From contig NC_068997.1 of the NCBI RefSeq assembly GCF_001194135.2, positions 7,202,048 through 7,241,079 of the forward strand: a DNA stretch of 39,032 bases. The letters run 5' to 3'. Below are positions 1 through 12,188 of this stretch, one piece after another; within the stretch, counting starts at the first letter, position 1, and each line of letters starts with the position of its first letter. This stretch comes from Octopus bimaculoides (Eukaryota). The translations under genes and the position numbers were made by a program. The notes under the pieces were generated by a model that was not told where the DNA came from, did no database searches, and saw only the letters and a program-made list of their open reading frames with translations.

Positions 1-55
1 TATATATATATATATATATATATATCTCATCATCATCATCATCATCATCATAATC
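1..55. repeat. (TA)n/(CAT)n microsatellite; similar simple repeats at 21471-21543, 25496-25571, 28884-28912, 33976-34027, 38047-38080, 38487-38530
   Basis: Directly visible. Confidence 0.95.
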
Positions 56-140
56 ATTTCTCTCCTATGACATCATGATTTTCTCTCACACACTGTCTTG
101 CAACACGAAACATTTCAAGTCTTTGGTCCATATAGATATG

Positions 141-1554
141 GAAATGTGTCCACATGGATGATGGTTCATTTGCATTTAATGAGGCTGCAAGGAGAGAGAC
201 TTGGAGATGCCACAATGAAATGAGAGAATGAATAGCAGAAAGAGAGTCTGCTGAATGTGAACCCAACAGAGGGACCAGCTATCCGAATTGACAGTACCTT
301 GGTAGATAAAGTAATTAAGAGCATGAAGACAAGGAAAGCCCCCCAGCCCATCAGGAATCACTGCAAAGATGCTTAAAATATCTGGCAGAGTAGGCTATAG
401 TCTAATCACACATATAGTGAATCAGGTGATACATGAAGGAGTCATACCCAATGACTGGTGTAGTAGCACCATAGTCAACTGCTACAAAGGTAAAGGTGAC
501 GCTTTAGATATGAATAATTACAGAGGTATGAAGTTGTTGGATCAGGTAATGAAAGTCACGGAGAGGGTCCTAGCCCAACTAATTTGGGAGAGAGTCAGTC
601 TAAAAGAGATGCTGTTTGGGTTTGTGCCAGGGAAAAGCACCACTGATGCTATATTTCTGGTAAGACAGCCGCAGGAGAAATACCTAACCAAAGATAAACC
701 AAAGTCTTAATAAGTAGGAAGGCAGACAAATCACAAATCCCTTCAGGTAAATGGCCCTGCTCAATCTGTAGAAAAGGTGTAGGTACAATTTCCATAAGAT
801 GTACCTGATGTAAGCTATGGACACATAAGAGGTGTAGCAATATCAAAGGAAGGCTAACCGGGAAGATAGTTTTTGTGTGGCAAATGGTCAGGGGCAATAA
901 ACACTGAAATTGTGCAGAAAACAATTTCCGTCACATTCCAGGAGGAAATACTGCAAGTATTTGATCGCTTCTATTACCTAGATGACATAAGAAGCATCAG
1001 CTGTGGCATGCAAGAGAGACAACTGCACTGGTATGGTCATGTGTTGCGTATGGATGAGGACAGCCATGTGAAAAAGTGTCACACCTTAGCAGTAGAGGGA
1101 AACTGTGGAAGAGGTAGACCCAGGAAAACCTGGGACGAGGTGGTAAAGCACGACCTTTGAATGTTGGGCCTCACAGAAGTGATGACAAGTAGCTGAGACC
1201 ATTGGAGATAAACTGTGCTTGAGAAGACCCGGCAAGCCAAGTGAGACCGTAACTGGGGCCTATGCCAGTGCAGCATAACCACCCCATTTAAAAGTACCCT
1301 TCAATTATTGGGGTATAAACTGCACTTGCGAAAACCTGTTGACGCAAGTGAAGTTGTTGTGGCTGATGACAGTACCACCTGAGTGGCATGTAAAAAGCAC
1401 CCACTACACTGTCGGCATTAGGAAGGGCATCCAGCTGTAGAAACTTTGCCAGATTGGATTGGAGCCTGGTGCAGCCTTCTGGGTTGCCAGCCCTCGATCA
1501 AACAGTCCAACCCATGCCAGCATGGAAAGTGGGCATTAAACGATGATGATGATG
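141..1554 (+). mobile_element. 5'-truncated, internally deleted RTE-clade non-LTR retrotransposon with 3' UTR and (GAT)n tail
   Basis: RT N-terminal motifs (KGKGDALDMNNYRGMKLL, FGFVPGKSTTDAIF) at 369-700; C-terminal LHWYGHVLRMDED...RGRPRKTW at about 1020-1160; stops and frameshifts; tail ttaaacgatgatgatgatg at 1536-1554. Confidence 0.9.
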
Positions 1555-1559
1555 AGACT

Positions 1560-1695
1560 CCTCACAATCTCTGTCTACCAAATCCACTCACAAGGCTTTG
1601 GTTGGCCTGAGACTATATAGAAGACAGTTGTCCAAGACTGTATGTGGTTGGGGACTGAAATCATGTGGTTGAGAAACAAATTTGTTACCCAACAT
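1560..1695 (-). mobile_element. tRNA-derived SINE fragment (same family as 28914-29009)
   Basis: Reverse complement resembles the head/CORE region seen at 28914 (ttgggcaag..tcttcta) and continues into tatagtctcaggccaaccaaagccttgtgagtggatttggtagac. Confidence 0.55.
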
Positions 1696-1732
1696 CTGCA
1701 CATATATGTCTATAAACATGTATGTAGATGTG

Positions 1733-2050
1733 TGAAGGCACATGATTTAATGACTAGGGTAATTGGCTCAGAATCACAAGCTCGGGAGTTCAATTCCCAG
1801 AAGTGAATTGTGTCCTTGAGCAAGACACTTTATTACATGTTGCTCCAGTTCACCCAGCCAGTAAAAATGAGTTGAATTTGTAATTCTAAGGGCTGACCTT
1901 ATCACACTGTGTGTCACGCTGAATTTCTCTGAGAACTATGTTATGGGTACGTGTACCAGTAGAGTGCTCAGCCACTTGCACATTAATTTCACAAGCAAAG
2001 CTATTCCATTGGTAGGATCAACTGGAACCCTTGCCTTCGTAACCAATGCA
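1733..2050 (+). mobile_element. tRNA-headed CORE-like SINE
   Basis: B-box-like gagttcaattcc followed by tgtgtccttgagcaagacacttta...aaaaatgag (CORE-like); homologous to 2700-2990, 28438-28745 and 36926-37170. Confidence 0.75.
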
Positions 2051-2699
2051 GTGTGTGTGACATTTGTAATCCCTGAATATTGTAAACTACAGATTATCGG
2101 CCATTTCTCCTGTCAACAAATCACGTGCAAGCTGTGAGCTTTCAAAGATGTGTGAAAAAAAAAGACCCTATACTCAAAAAACAGGTTAACAGGAAGGGCA
2201 TCAGACTGAAACAACGCCTCAAAAATATATTTGTTTCACCCAAGCCAGCATGGACATTAAAAAATGAACAAATGTATAACACACACACACACAGCTGCTC
2301 ATATATGTATACTGTTCACCTTTTTTTACATCCGTTTTCCCATTCTAGCCTAGAACAAACAAATTTGTGGTGATGGTACTGTGTTACAACCAAATGCCCC
2401 TTATAACCCCATCCCTGTTTTTCATGTGAGTGATCCCTAACTCTACATAGGTGCAGAGGCATGAAGCAACTGGACAAGTTATTGACAGAAGTGCCAACAA
2501 AACCAAGACTTTCAAAAAAATGTAAGCACACATAGCACACAGATACATACATGAACATATACAGACATTTATGCAGATGTATGCATATATATGTAAGACA
2601 CACAAACACATGCATTATAATCATCGTCATTTAACGTCTGCTTTCTATCTTGGCCACTTTGACAGGAATCAACAAGATAGAGGACTGTGCCGGGTTCAA

Positions 2700-2990
2700 A
2701 TAATAAGTGATTAGGGTACCCAGCTTATGATCATAAGGTCATAAATTCGATTCCCAGTGGTGCACTGTGTCCTTGAGCAAGACACTTTATTTCACATTGC
2801 TCCAGTCCAACCAGCCAGCAAAAATGAGTCGTACCTGTATTTCAAAGGACCAGTCTCATCACACTCTGTGACATGTTGAATCTTCCTGAGAACTAAGTTA
2901 AGGGTACACGTGTCCATGAAGTGACCATCCACTTGCACATTAATTTTGCAAGCAAGCTGTTCGGTTGATTCGATCAACTGGAACCCTCAT
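2700..2990 (+). mobile_element. tRNA-headed CORE-like SINE
   Basis: aattcgattccc B-box-like motif; tgtgtccttgagcaagacactttatttcacattgctccagtcc; shared 3' end gatcaactggaaccct. Confidence 0.75.
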
Positions 2991-3051
2991 CATCATCATC
3001 ATAACCACAGAAGACAAATTATCTAGTTACATACACACACACAAATATATC

Positions 3052-3270
3052 ATCACCATTGTTTCTAGTGTTCACTTTTCCCTGTTTGCATTGATCAGAT
3101 GGAATTCATTGAAGCTGATGTTCTACAGCCAGATGCCTTTCCTGCCACCAACCTTCACCTGTTTCCAAGAAAGGTGAGACGTCTTTTCAAAAAAGATTGA
3201 AAATAATGGACACCATTTGTGTGACATATTTTTCTGTGAGACTGACACAAGTGAAGTTGCCAAGTAACTT
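3052..3270 (-). mobile_element. Dispersed retroposon copy related to the RTE tail
   Basis: cagatgcctttcctgccaccaaccttcacctgtttccaag matches 38216-38260 and the reverse complement of the ttaggaagggcatccagc tail motif. Confidence 0.5.
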
Positions 3271-4039
3271 ACAAGACAAAGAAAAAAAGGAAGAAGCTTC
3301 CTCAGCTGTGTGGGGTTGTAGTAGAGGTGTGGGAGGGGGCTAGCTTAGTGTCAGAGCATATGTTCTCAAGGTACAAGAAAGAATAGGGGATTGACAGATG
3401 GTTGGAGATGAGTGTAGAGGTGAACGCAGTGAATGGTGTATGAGGAGGAGAGGTATGGTCGATGGTAAATATCTGGCTGGAGGGATAGTAAAAGAAATAG
3501 CTGAGGAAGGAGGATGCAATAGGTGGCAGCACAGGAAGGTGATGTGCACAGTGGGGAGGGGGGAGAGAGAGATGCAGAGCTACAGAAATGGAGGTCAGAG
3601 GTAGATTGTGATGGGCAACAAAGGTGGGATGAGGCCATTAATGGCAGATATATACATGTTTAACACTCTGATATCTGCTATCACTCCCAGCAAATGATAG
3701 CAAACGAGAGGGGTTGTTACTGCAATCCTAAGATGTAGCTCAACGGAGAGCCAGAGATTACTCGAAGCACAGAAAATGAAGCAAGCAGGGATGTAATTAC
3801 AACTTCCCTCAGTGCCACAAATCATCAGGGACAAGTGCCTGCAAGAAGAGAGAGAAGAAGAAGGGGTTGAAAAGGGAGAAGGGGGGTTTCTGGCTAATCA
3901 GAAGGAGAGAAGAGGTTGCATAGCAAATGACATCAAGGGGAAATGGCAATGGTGAATGAGTGAATGCCAACATATATAAACACACACACATATAGGTATG
4001 TGGTGGCATTGGGGAATAATCATAAGGTTATACCTGATA

Positions 4040-4337
4040 ATTTCGTTTCTCAAGGCCATTCATCATTCGAAATGTTCGTAAATTGAAACTATTCTTCCCA
4101 AAGAAAACTGAAGGTAAGATATGGCGAAATCGAGCAGGGATGTGCACTGAACGAAAGCAAGATTACAACTGACGCTCTGCCGCTTTGATACTCCGAGTTT
4201 GTGGCCAACCACTCTTGCCGGCTTGCGTGTTTGTTACTTGAGGCCCTGTTCGTCACCGGAGATGTTTTGTTGGAAAAACTGTTCATAAACCGATTTGTTC
4301 GTGATGAGAGGGATTCGTAAGCCGAGGTTTCATTGTA
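4040..4337 (-). mobile_element. Tigger/pogo-like non-autonomous DNA transposon remnant
   Basis: Minus strand begins TA|caatgaaacctcggcttacgaa...tcacgaacaaatcggtttatgaac, typical of a Tigger-type TIR and subterminal repeats; opposite end degenerate (ccttgagaaacgaaatt). Confidence 0.5.
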
Positions 4338-4904
4338 TATTAACATAAAGAAGTGAAGAAACCGAGATGTCTTCACTAATCGATGTAGTATGCCCTTCAG
4401 ATAGAAAATAACCGATGGTTCAGTGAGAGTTTGGAAGAAATCCCTAGTGAATCCTTTACAGAGTGATTCCAAGAGCTAACAAAGAGCACAAAATCAAAAT
4501 AAAATGTTATCGTAAACACAAGAATACACACACAGTAAATAATACTAAAAATATGAGAATAAAGAGAAAACCTGTTCTAATACCATATCAGTAATCATTG
4601 TAACTGGAAAAAAAAAGCAAAAATGATCTAGACGAGATTTGAACTAAAAAAAAAAAAAAGCAATCAGTACCATAAATAATTATTTCTAGTCGGGGGCAAC
4701 TTTCTAACCGGTCTCAAATCATTACCACACTTTCCGAGAAACACTATGGAATTATCAAAACCAGAAAATGAAATTGTATGACGTTCATGTATTTCCCGTG
4801 GGCAACTATCAACGTTGAAATAAATGTGGTAACTGGGAAAGGGAACTGAAATTGGGGTTACAGATTTGGGGGGGTGGGGACACAAAGCCAAGTTTTATAG
4901 TTGG

Positions 4905-5045
4905 GATATATATATTCTGTTCAACCGATCTCAGTTTGTTGCTGAACACAGAGGATAAAGTGTAGCCCGACGGTATTTGAACTCGGGACGAAAATAGACG
5001 GGACTAAATATTGCGAGATATTTAATCCGGCATTCTACCGTTTAT
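4905..5045 (+). mobile_element. Degenerate dispersed SINE-like repeat (family also at 19415-19590, 23975-24040, 24490-24605)
   Basis: Shared ...aaag(tg)tc(a/g)acc..ggtggaatttgaactc(a/g)gaac.. motif among copies in the window. Confidence 0.45.
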
Positions 5046-5046
5046 G

Positions 5047-5087
5047 CGTGAAGTAAAGGCAGTATGAATCACTGCCTTTACTTCACG
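5047..5087. repeat. Perfect 17-bp inverted repeat with 7-nt loop
   Basis: cgtgaagtaaaggcagt-atgaatc-actgcctttacttcacg. Confidence 0.95.
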
Positions 5088-5110
5088 AGATAATAATGAG
5101 TTTGAGGATA

Positions 5111-5142
5111 CACAGACACACATGCATGCATGTGTGTCTGTG
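5111..5142. repeat. Perfect 32-bp palindrome
   Basis: cacagacacacatgcatgcatgtgtgtctgtg equals its own reverse complement. Confidence 0.95.
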
Positions 5143-5455
5143 CTAAGGGTACATTTTGCATTCTGGGTTAACTTCTCGAGTCGTTAGAATAACAATGCGA
5201 ACAGCAATAGAATAATTAGTCTTCGAGACTCATCAGTATATTTTAGTCAGATCGTTTGACTGATACACATATATTTCAGCTTAGCCTCTTTATCTATGTC
5301 ACGAGAGAATGTTATGTGGGTGAATGACGTCGTGTACCAATAACGAAGGATTGCCAAATTAAATCTAACCCAACTTCAAAAAAAAGTTACAACCCTAGAT
5401 ACGCTACACACGAAGGAAAAAAGAGACAGTCATGTCTGGAACGCCGGTCTAATGT

Positions 5456-5613
5456 TTATATTTTAGATTCTTCAGCGAGTAGCACTTGGTCGTTCGTTCC
5501 GCCCATCAGTTTCCCAAAAGTCTGCTTGGTCAAGGTTGCCATGTGCCTAAACAACCAGGGTCGATCGACCACCACCCGGACTTCCGTTTTCATCTTCGTG
5601 TCTCTCCGCCAGA
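5456..5613 (-). CDS. Putative coding exon of an unidentified minus-strand gene
   Basis: Strong acceptor tctcttcttcttttatgttaatcacag|; locally GC/CpG-rich. One frame reads WRRDTKMKTEVRVVVDRPWLFRHMATLTKQTFGKLMGGTNDQVLLAEESKI*, another LAERHEDENGSPGGGRSTLVV*. No homologue recognised. Confidence 0.4.
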
Positions 5614-8600
5614 CTGTGATTAACATAAAAGAAGAAGAGACGTGTGTGTGCGCGCGCGCAATGAGGGAGGAGAAAGTTCGTCAACTCAACCCAATGACCT
5701 GGTTAGGGAAAGAGAAAGAGAGAGAGAGGGGGAGGGAGGGGGGAATAAAGACAGGATTGTGTAGAGTGAGGGATGGAATGAGCAGTTGGAAGATTCGGTT
5801 AGGGTAGGAAGAGACAGCGTGAGTGTGGGGGAAATGTCTGGCAGAGTCTGAAATGAAAAGGAAAGAAACGGGAGAGGAAGGAAGATTGGTGAATAAAAAG
5901 TAAACAAGGTGTTTGAAGAAAAGAGACGGGAAAGGCTGAACTAGATGTCGAAAACAAACAAAAAGCGAACTATCAACATTTTCTCTCCTAAAATTAGCTG
6001 TTCCTCATGATCAATAGCAGAAAATTGTCATACAATGAGCGAGTCTCCCACATAGTCGGACAACTTGCTACAAGGTTCTCCCACAAATCACATCCTACCA
6101 TCTTATAAAGGACGCACCGGATAATGTCATAGGTTCCCCAGGAAAAGACAAGATGATCACAAGTGGAGTACTCGATCAAGGAACACTTGACCGTCTACTC
6201 GATCAGAGAACACTTGGGGTTAAACAACAACCAATAAGATCGCCACAGCTATTAATGCCATTGTCTGTCAAATGCAGTTTTAGCTGAACAAAAAGGCTGA
6301 AACCCTGTCAGAGACACATATATACATATCCATTCACACTTCATCCAATATGTATGATTGCTCTAAGTATGTCAATCGATTCTTCAAGTGTCTTCAAATA
6401 TCGAACATCCCAAAGCTTGACGTAGGACAGACAAGCTTACACAAACTTACAACTAACGGAATATATTTCTTTCTCTCTCACACACACAAATACAGATCTA
6501 TAGATAATTACACGCATGTGAAATATATATTTAAAAAAAAAAAAGTAACAGTGGCAAAATGATTTATCGAATTTTCTAGACAGGATAAAGATGATTCATA
6601 TAGTTTTTAAAAGGAGTAGGAAAACATACCTCAAAGATGAGTACTTAACGGGATGGATCCATTGCTTTAGGTGGTGGTGGTGGTGTGTGTGATCAATAAT
6701 TTGAAAATAATATGCTATGTTATGCTTTCGCATTTCCTCTTTATAGTCATTATGTAATAATCTTTATTGTGATTGAAAGCTTGTCCCGAAAATCCGATAA
6801 ATCTTTTTCTGCTTTTTTTTTTTTAATAAGCAACAAAGCTGTGATTTATGTTATTGTCTTGAGCAAGATGCATTAATCCATTTAATCGGGTATTTCTCGA
6901 CAACCAGAACATATAATTGTTGTTGTGGTAAGAAACAGAAAAATAATACTATGATTCACTCAGTGATCACAACACGTGCCCGTCTGTCTCAGAGACTTAT
7001 AATAAAAACCACCTCCAAAACAGTGAAAGAACACAAACAGAAGACGTAGAGAAAAAAGCGGATCCTAGAGGTAATCAATCTTGTATCGATACCAACTCAA
7101 TCACTACTGATGCAAAAACACCGTCATTAATCATCGTTTTTGTTACGATAGCCAGTTATAATCAATAGTAAAAACTATAAAATAAATTAAACTGAAATTA
7201 TTTTGTTTGAGTTTGGTTTTTGCTTTTTTTTTAGAGCTAAAATGTAACATTTTGCAGGTATTTACCTGTGAAATATTGAAAAATATTTAACGTTAACAGA
7301 AACAATTTTATTCAAAATATTAAACGTCCGATATTTAAATAATTTGTACGTAAAAGCTTCAGGCTCTTTTTGTAGGACCAACTGGATGATTAGTTCTCTA
7401 CTAATAATGTCTTTTATATTGAACCGTTTACGTCTTAGTTAAAATCGAGAAGGGAAGATCAGATATAAATATTTCTTACAAGATTATAATTTTTAATAGA
7501 GAAAAAATGTAGTTGATTGAACACGGACTAATTTTGGCGACTTTGGAAGAACGAAAGGCAGAGTCAACTCTAGAGGAAATTGTGCTCAAAACAAAACTAA
7601 AATATTGGTCAGATACTTCACCATTCCAGACCATGTGGGTGATAAGTTCGAATCTATTAAAATATACTAATAAACATGGTTCAATAAAATTAAATAAATA
7701 CTCTGAAGTTTCTCCTCAGAAGAATCCTGGTTAAAATGTTAAATCTTTCTTCCTCTACCGTTTGAACGTTTTAGATTCCTCGGAGCAAACCTAAAAACAT
7801 ACTATATAAGTCTACACCATTGAGACAAGGCAACATATGCACTAAATTTGATTTAATCCGAATAGGGGGGGGGGGAATCATCGAATGTCAATGTGTGTTA
7901 ATTTGTACCAAGTAAAAACTGATTCTCAATTAGCAGAACATTTCAAATTTGAAACGACAGAGAAAAGGAATTGTTTACATCTACTAAATACAATAATATT
8001 AATTTCTTACACCTATAGGAAACCTGGCGAAGTACCGGACACATGTTCATACATTTCATTACAGTCAGAGCAACATTACTGACCCAATTGAGACACAACA
8101 GGGTCTCAACTGGGTCACGATGAGGCCCAATGGTCACGATTCATGGTATCCACCCACCCTCGATACTACTTATATTAAAACATCGTCTCAATCTTTCCAA
8201 CAGACGGACAATTATTTCATTACGAAACATTAGCAATGTTGAAAGAAATAAAATGATTTCCGATTGAGAATGGAAACTGTTTAGAAAAACTTGACACAAT
8301 ATTGAAGTAGTGCTATTATTACATAAACACTTCGCCGTCCCTATGGAAGTATTAAATAATTTGACAAGAATAAGAAAAATACTTTTCCTCCACATCACTC
8401 TAACGAAAACAAAGCAGAGTGAAGTACGATGTTACCACGTTTATGGAACAAGAAAGAGACAGGGCAGTTGTCAACAGAAGGGAAATAAATGGCAGGCTGA
8501 CAAGAAGATTTGTCTTGGGAACAAAAGACAACAAACAATTGTTGTATAACACTGAGATATGGTGATTCCTTAACTGTGTGTAAACACAATGAGAGACCAG

Positions 8601-10106
8601 GCCAGCCTTAATCCAGCAGACCTATGATCAACAACACAGTACACCTAGGACTACAATATCCAATGTGTATTTCTTTTATAATAAAATTTGAAGATAATTT
8701 CAGCTGCTATTTCTAGCAAATCGAGACACCATTTAGAGTTTTCATGTCGGTTTGATATGTTTTAAAGGAAGAAAGAGCTAACAAATATTTTTATTATTGA
8801 AAACTGAAAAATTATAAACATCATTGCATGGTTTCGTGTTGTGGATCCAGGAAAAGTAATGAAATACGAGGAGTTTATTACTGTAAGCTATGTGAGAGTT
8901 ATATTGTTTTATATATATTTTTTCTGAATGTATCTGGACGTCATCTGTGACTCCATTTAACACCACAATCACCTGGCCCTAGCGGACTCCACTGTTGCAT
9001 GCTTTCGGGTTCGGTTTCCGGAGACTCATCAAAAGGTCATGGCATTGACCTTATTTCTCTGAAGTCATAACTATTTTATTGTTTTTTTTTAGGTGACCCG
9101 ACTGTCCATTAGTTCACACTTCTGTCAATTTAAATCCACTGATGATCTTTACGAAAATAATTCACTGATTTGTACCAATCGACCACTACTTTGTCACCAT
9201 AACAAAGAACTACAAACCAACAAAGGTAGCCATACGAGTTCATTCGACTTGCTAGAAATACCAGCTAAATCTCCGGGCTTTCTTAAAATAAAAAGGATAC
9301 GTTGGATAATATAACTCTAGGATGACTTATAGGATAAAGAAAATACAGAATTATCATGATTGGAACACCTTTCGTCAGAAATCTGCTCGAGCAAGGCCAA
9401 AACATCAAATCAAAGAATTGATGCGAAGAGAATCAGCGTGATTGCTCGATATGTTAAAAACAGCAGCAAAAGCTCCCTCAAATTACAGACGATCGTCTTA
9501 AAATATGAAGGAAACGTGAGATCGTTGATCGGGGTAAAGTAATATGAAGAGGGGCTATTTTTTTTTTTCAATGTACCAGAAATTCATCTGAATACTATTA
9601 CGAACGGTCTCAAGAAGCACTGGCCATTGATTTGTCAACAAAAGAAGTCTGCTGGACTACTAGCCACTGTCCTTGATAGAGTTTGACTGAATAAAACTGG
9701 ATGTTTTCCACCTTTAATCAACTCTATCAGGAATGACCTGGGGGCTAAACAAAAACAGGCTTGATCCTTAAAGGAGATCCGTCGCTATTTACAATGAAGA
9801 AATGAAAGGATAACTATATAAAGTAAACAGTTCACATGAGGGATGTTCACAAAGAAATATGTTCAGTCTAGGATTGTGTGTGTGTGTGTGTTTGTGGGTG
9901 GTGTGTGTGGTCCTGGCCTTCCACGGTGCAAATGAGAAGGCTAGACTAATCGCTGCAATCAAGCAAGCCCTAGTACCAAAAGCGAGTGTTATCGAATAAG
10001 ATACATTAGTAAAGTACTAATGGCAATATGTACCAATGTGTATGTGCGCACATGCATTCTGATAATAAAGGAATTAAAGTATAAACGAACAAATGAACGA
10101 GACTAG

Positions 10107-10520
10107 TGCATGGTGCGGCAGAAATACCTCCCGTTCTTATTTCGGTCAATATTAAGATTAATGAAGTTAAGCAAGTATTAACAGTGTTTTCATGGAGCTA
10201 ATATGTTTTACCGTTTAACTTTTGCTCATTCGTTTGTTTTTCCCCAGTTCCCATCATGGTTTGGAGCGGTGCACGCCGTGCGTTTGCTGTTGAAGCGTTT
10301 GTCATTCGGTAAAATCTGGGAGGTTTTTTGTGTCTCACACTACATTTACTTTGAGACTAAAGGACCCGTTTTTAATTTATTTGTAGTATGTGTTTGAGAA
10401 TAAAGGAAAAATAGGTGATCTTTCGGTTTCTAGGTATTGTACCGAAAGATCACCGAAAAATAATATAAACCATGCGAATATGATGCTTTTTAAAAAAATA
10501 TTTTGTGGATGGGAAGTGAC
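10107..10520 (+). mobile_element. Internally deleted Tc1/mariner-superfamily element
   Basis: Degenerate left TIR ..tggtgcggcagaaatacctcccgtt; transposase start MVWSGARRAFAVEAF at 10256 resembles MxWxGEQRAFAVEAY N-termini; only a partial right end (atgggaagt). Confidence 0.55.
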
Positions 10521-12188
10521 TGATCTCTTTAGATAAAACCCATACACCACATGTATGCAATCAGCGATATACGAAGTAATATCAACACTGTGTGTGTGTG
10601 CATTTAAGAATAAAAGAATGAGAGAAACGATTGCAAATTCTGCAAAGATACTAAGACACCTTTTGCTTGAGATGTGTTTACAATGAAAGAGTGCAGCAAC
10701 GTGTGTATCGTGTTTAAGTAATGAATTTGGCAAATATATGTGAATGTTTGGAAGAGCCTGAATATATATATATTGTAGAGAAATGCCAGATTAAACAAGT
10801 TCAGAAAATACGAATTAAAACGGTAAATCATTGATGGAAAGTGAGCAGCACTTATTTATAGTTGTGATTATAATGAGAAAATAGCGCGTACATGTGTGTG
10901 TGTGTGTTGCTAGACAATGAGGAAGAGTGAGTGCATCTAATCTCAACATATCCGTTAAAAGCAGTACAAAATGTGTAGTATGGTTTAGAAAATAATTGTG
11001 TAGTATTGTTGGTCTAACGTGCTGTTGTTGATCGTCGTTAACTCACTGCTGACTTCTCTCTCCATAACAGCTAACCTTTTACTCTCCATATCACCATTTC
11101 TCTCTCTCTCTCTTTCATTTTCACGCTACTTCCTCCACTCGTTTCATTCTGATCTATACTTGAAACTCATCTTTCTTTGTCTCTATCATCGTTCATTTAA
11201 TCACTAGGGTCTCGACTTTTCTTTCTATTTCTCTCTTGTCTGTCTGTCTCTCTCTCTATATATATATATATATATCAAACACTTTTTCTCCTTATCTGTA
11301 TTCCTATATACAATCTCCCTCCCTCAATATGCTTCTCTCCTTCGGCAATGTCTATTCATAACTCCTACCTTCTACTTTACTTGCTCTTCCTCTACATCTC
11401 CCATTTCTGTCTATCTCTTCGATGCCCCAAAACCCTCTGCCTCTTCTTACACCGATCATTCTCTTATCTCTACCCCCCCCCCACCTCGTCCTTTTATAAA
11501 CCTCACCTTTCTCCTTCTCTTCATCTCTTTCTTTCTCCATCTTTTACTCTCTCATCCTCCCTCACTTCCCATGTCCTGTTCTTGTCCAGCTGCTGGTCTT
11601 TTACTCCTCCATCTCCATCTCTTTCCCCTCTTCTTTTCTCCTTCTCTCGAATTTTCTTTTATTTTATCATTCTCTTCCTGTCCATCTGTCTGTCTCTCTA
11701 TCTCTCAGAATCTACTTTATTCTGTCAAACTAGTCCAGACAGCCGTCAGTAGCGGCGGAAATATATCAAATCACAAAATATTCGAAAATTCACGTGGGGT
11801 TTAATTTCAGTTAGATTATTAAGTTGGTATACAGACAAAAATAAGGGGAAAAAAAAACTGTTTCATTTCTTTTGTTAAGTAAAGTCATTTAAAGCTAGAT
11901 TTGTGTGTTGATTGTATGGTTGTCGATTGTTTTACTAAATATAATTACATTGAAATAAAAATAGATAAATGACAATGAAGATGAAACAATTTTCATCCTT
12001 AATAAACAAACATAAAGAAATACCGAATTAAGCGAAGCAATTACTCCTATATACACCGAGCACCAGCTTAATTATATACATTTACGAAATATTTTCATAT
12101 AAAGCAATTAAGTGTATTTCTAGCAATACTTGTACAAAACTACTGTGTTTCTATCAAGTCACATCTGAAGCTTTATATTTCAGTCACA

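Noticed and set aside
3300-4010. Purine/pyrimidine-skewed ORFs (also 5690-5940, 11050-11750, 18050-18850, 29550-29880, 34040-34290)
   Set aside because: Low-complexity GA/CT tracts produce long Leu/Ser/Pro- or Glu/Arg/Gly-rich ORFs by chance; possibly decayed retroelements, but no motif recognised.
6169-6217. Short imperfect tandem duplication tactcgatca..aacacttg
   Set aside because: Only two copies, at the tail of a dispersed repeat; no further structure.
8060-8560. Several overlapping 60-85 aa ORFs
   Set aside because: No recognisable domain or consistent splice structure; likely decayed repeat.
8970-9060. Minus-strand exon-like segment ..SMP-TGA-PFDESPETEPESMQQWSPLGP|gtgatt, phase-compatible with the 5613 exon; possible selenocysteine
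   Set aside because: Acceptor is poor, there is no recognisable selenoprotein motif or SECIS, and phase compatibility has a 1-in-3 chance.
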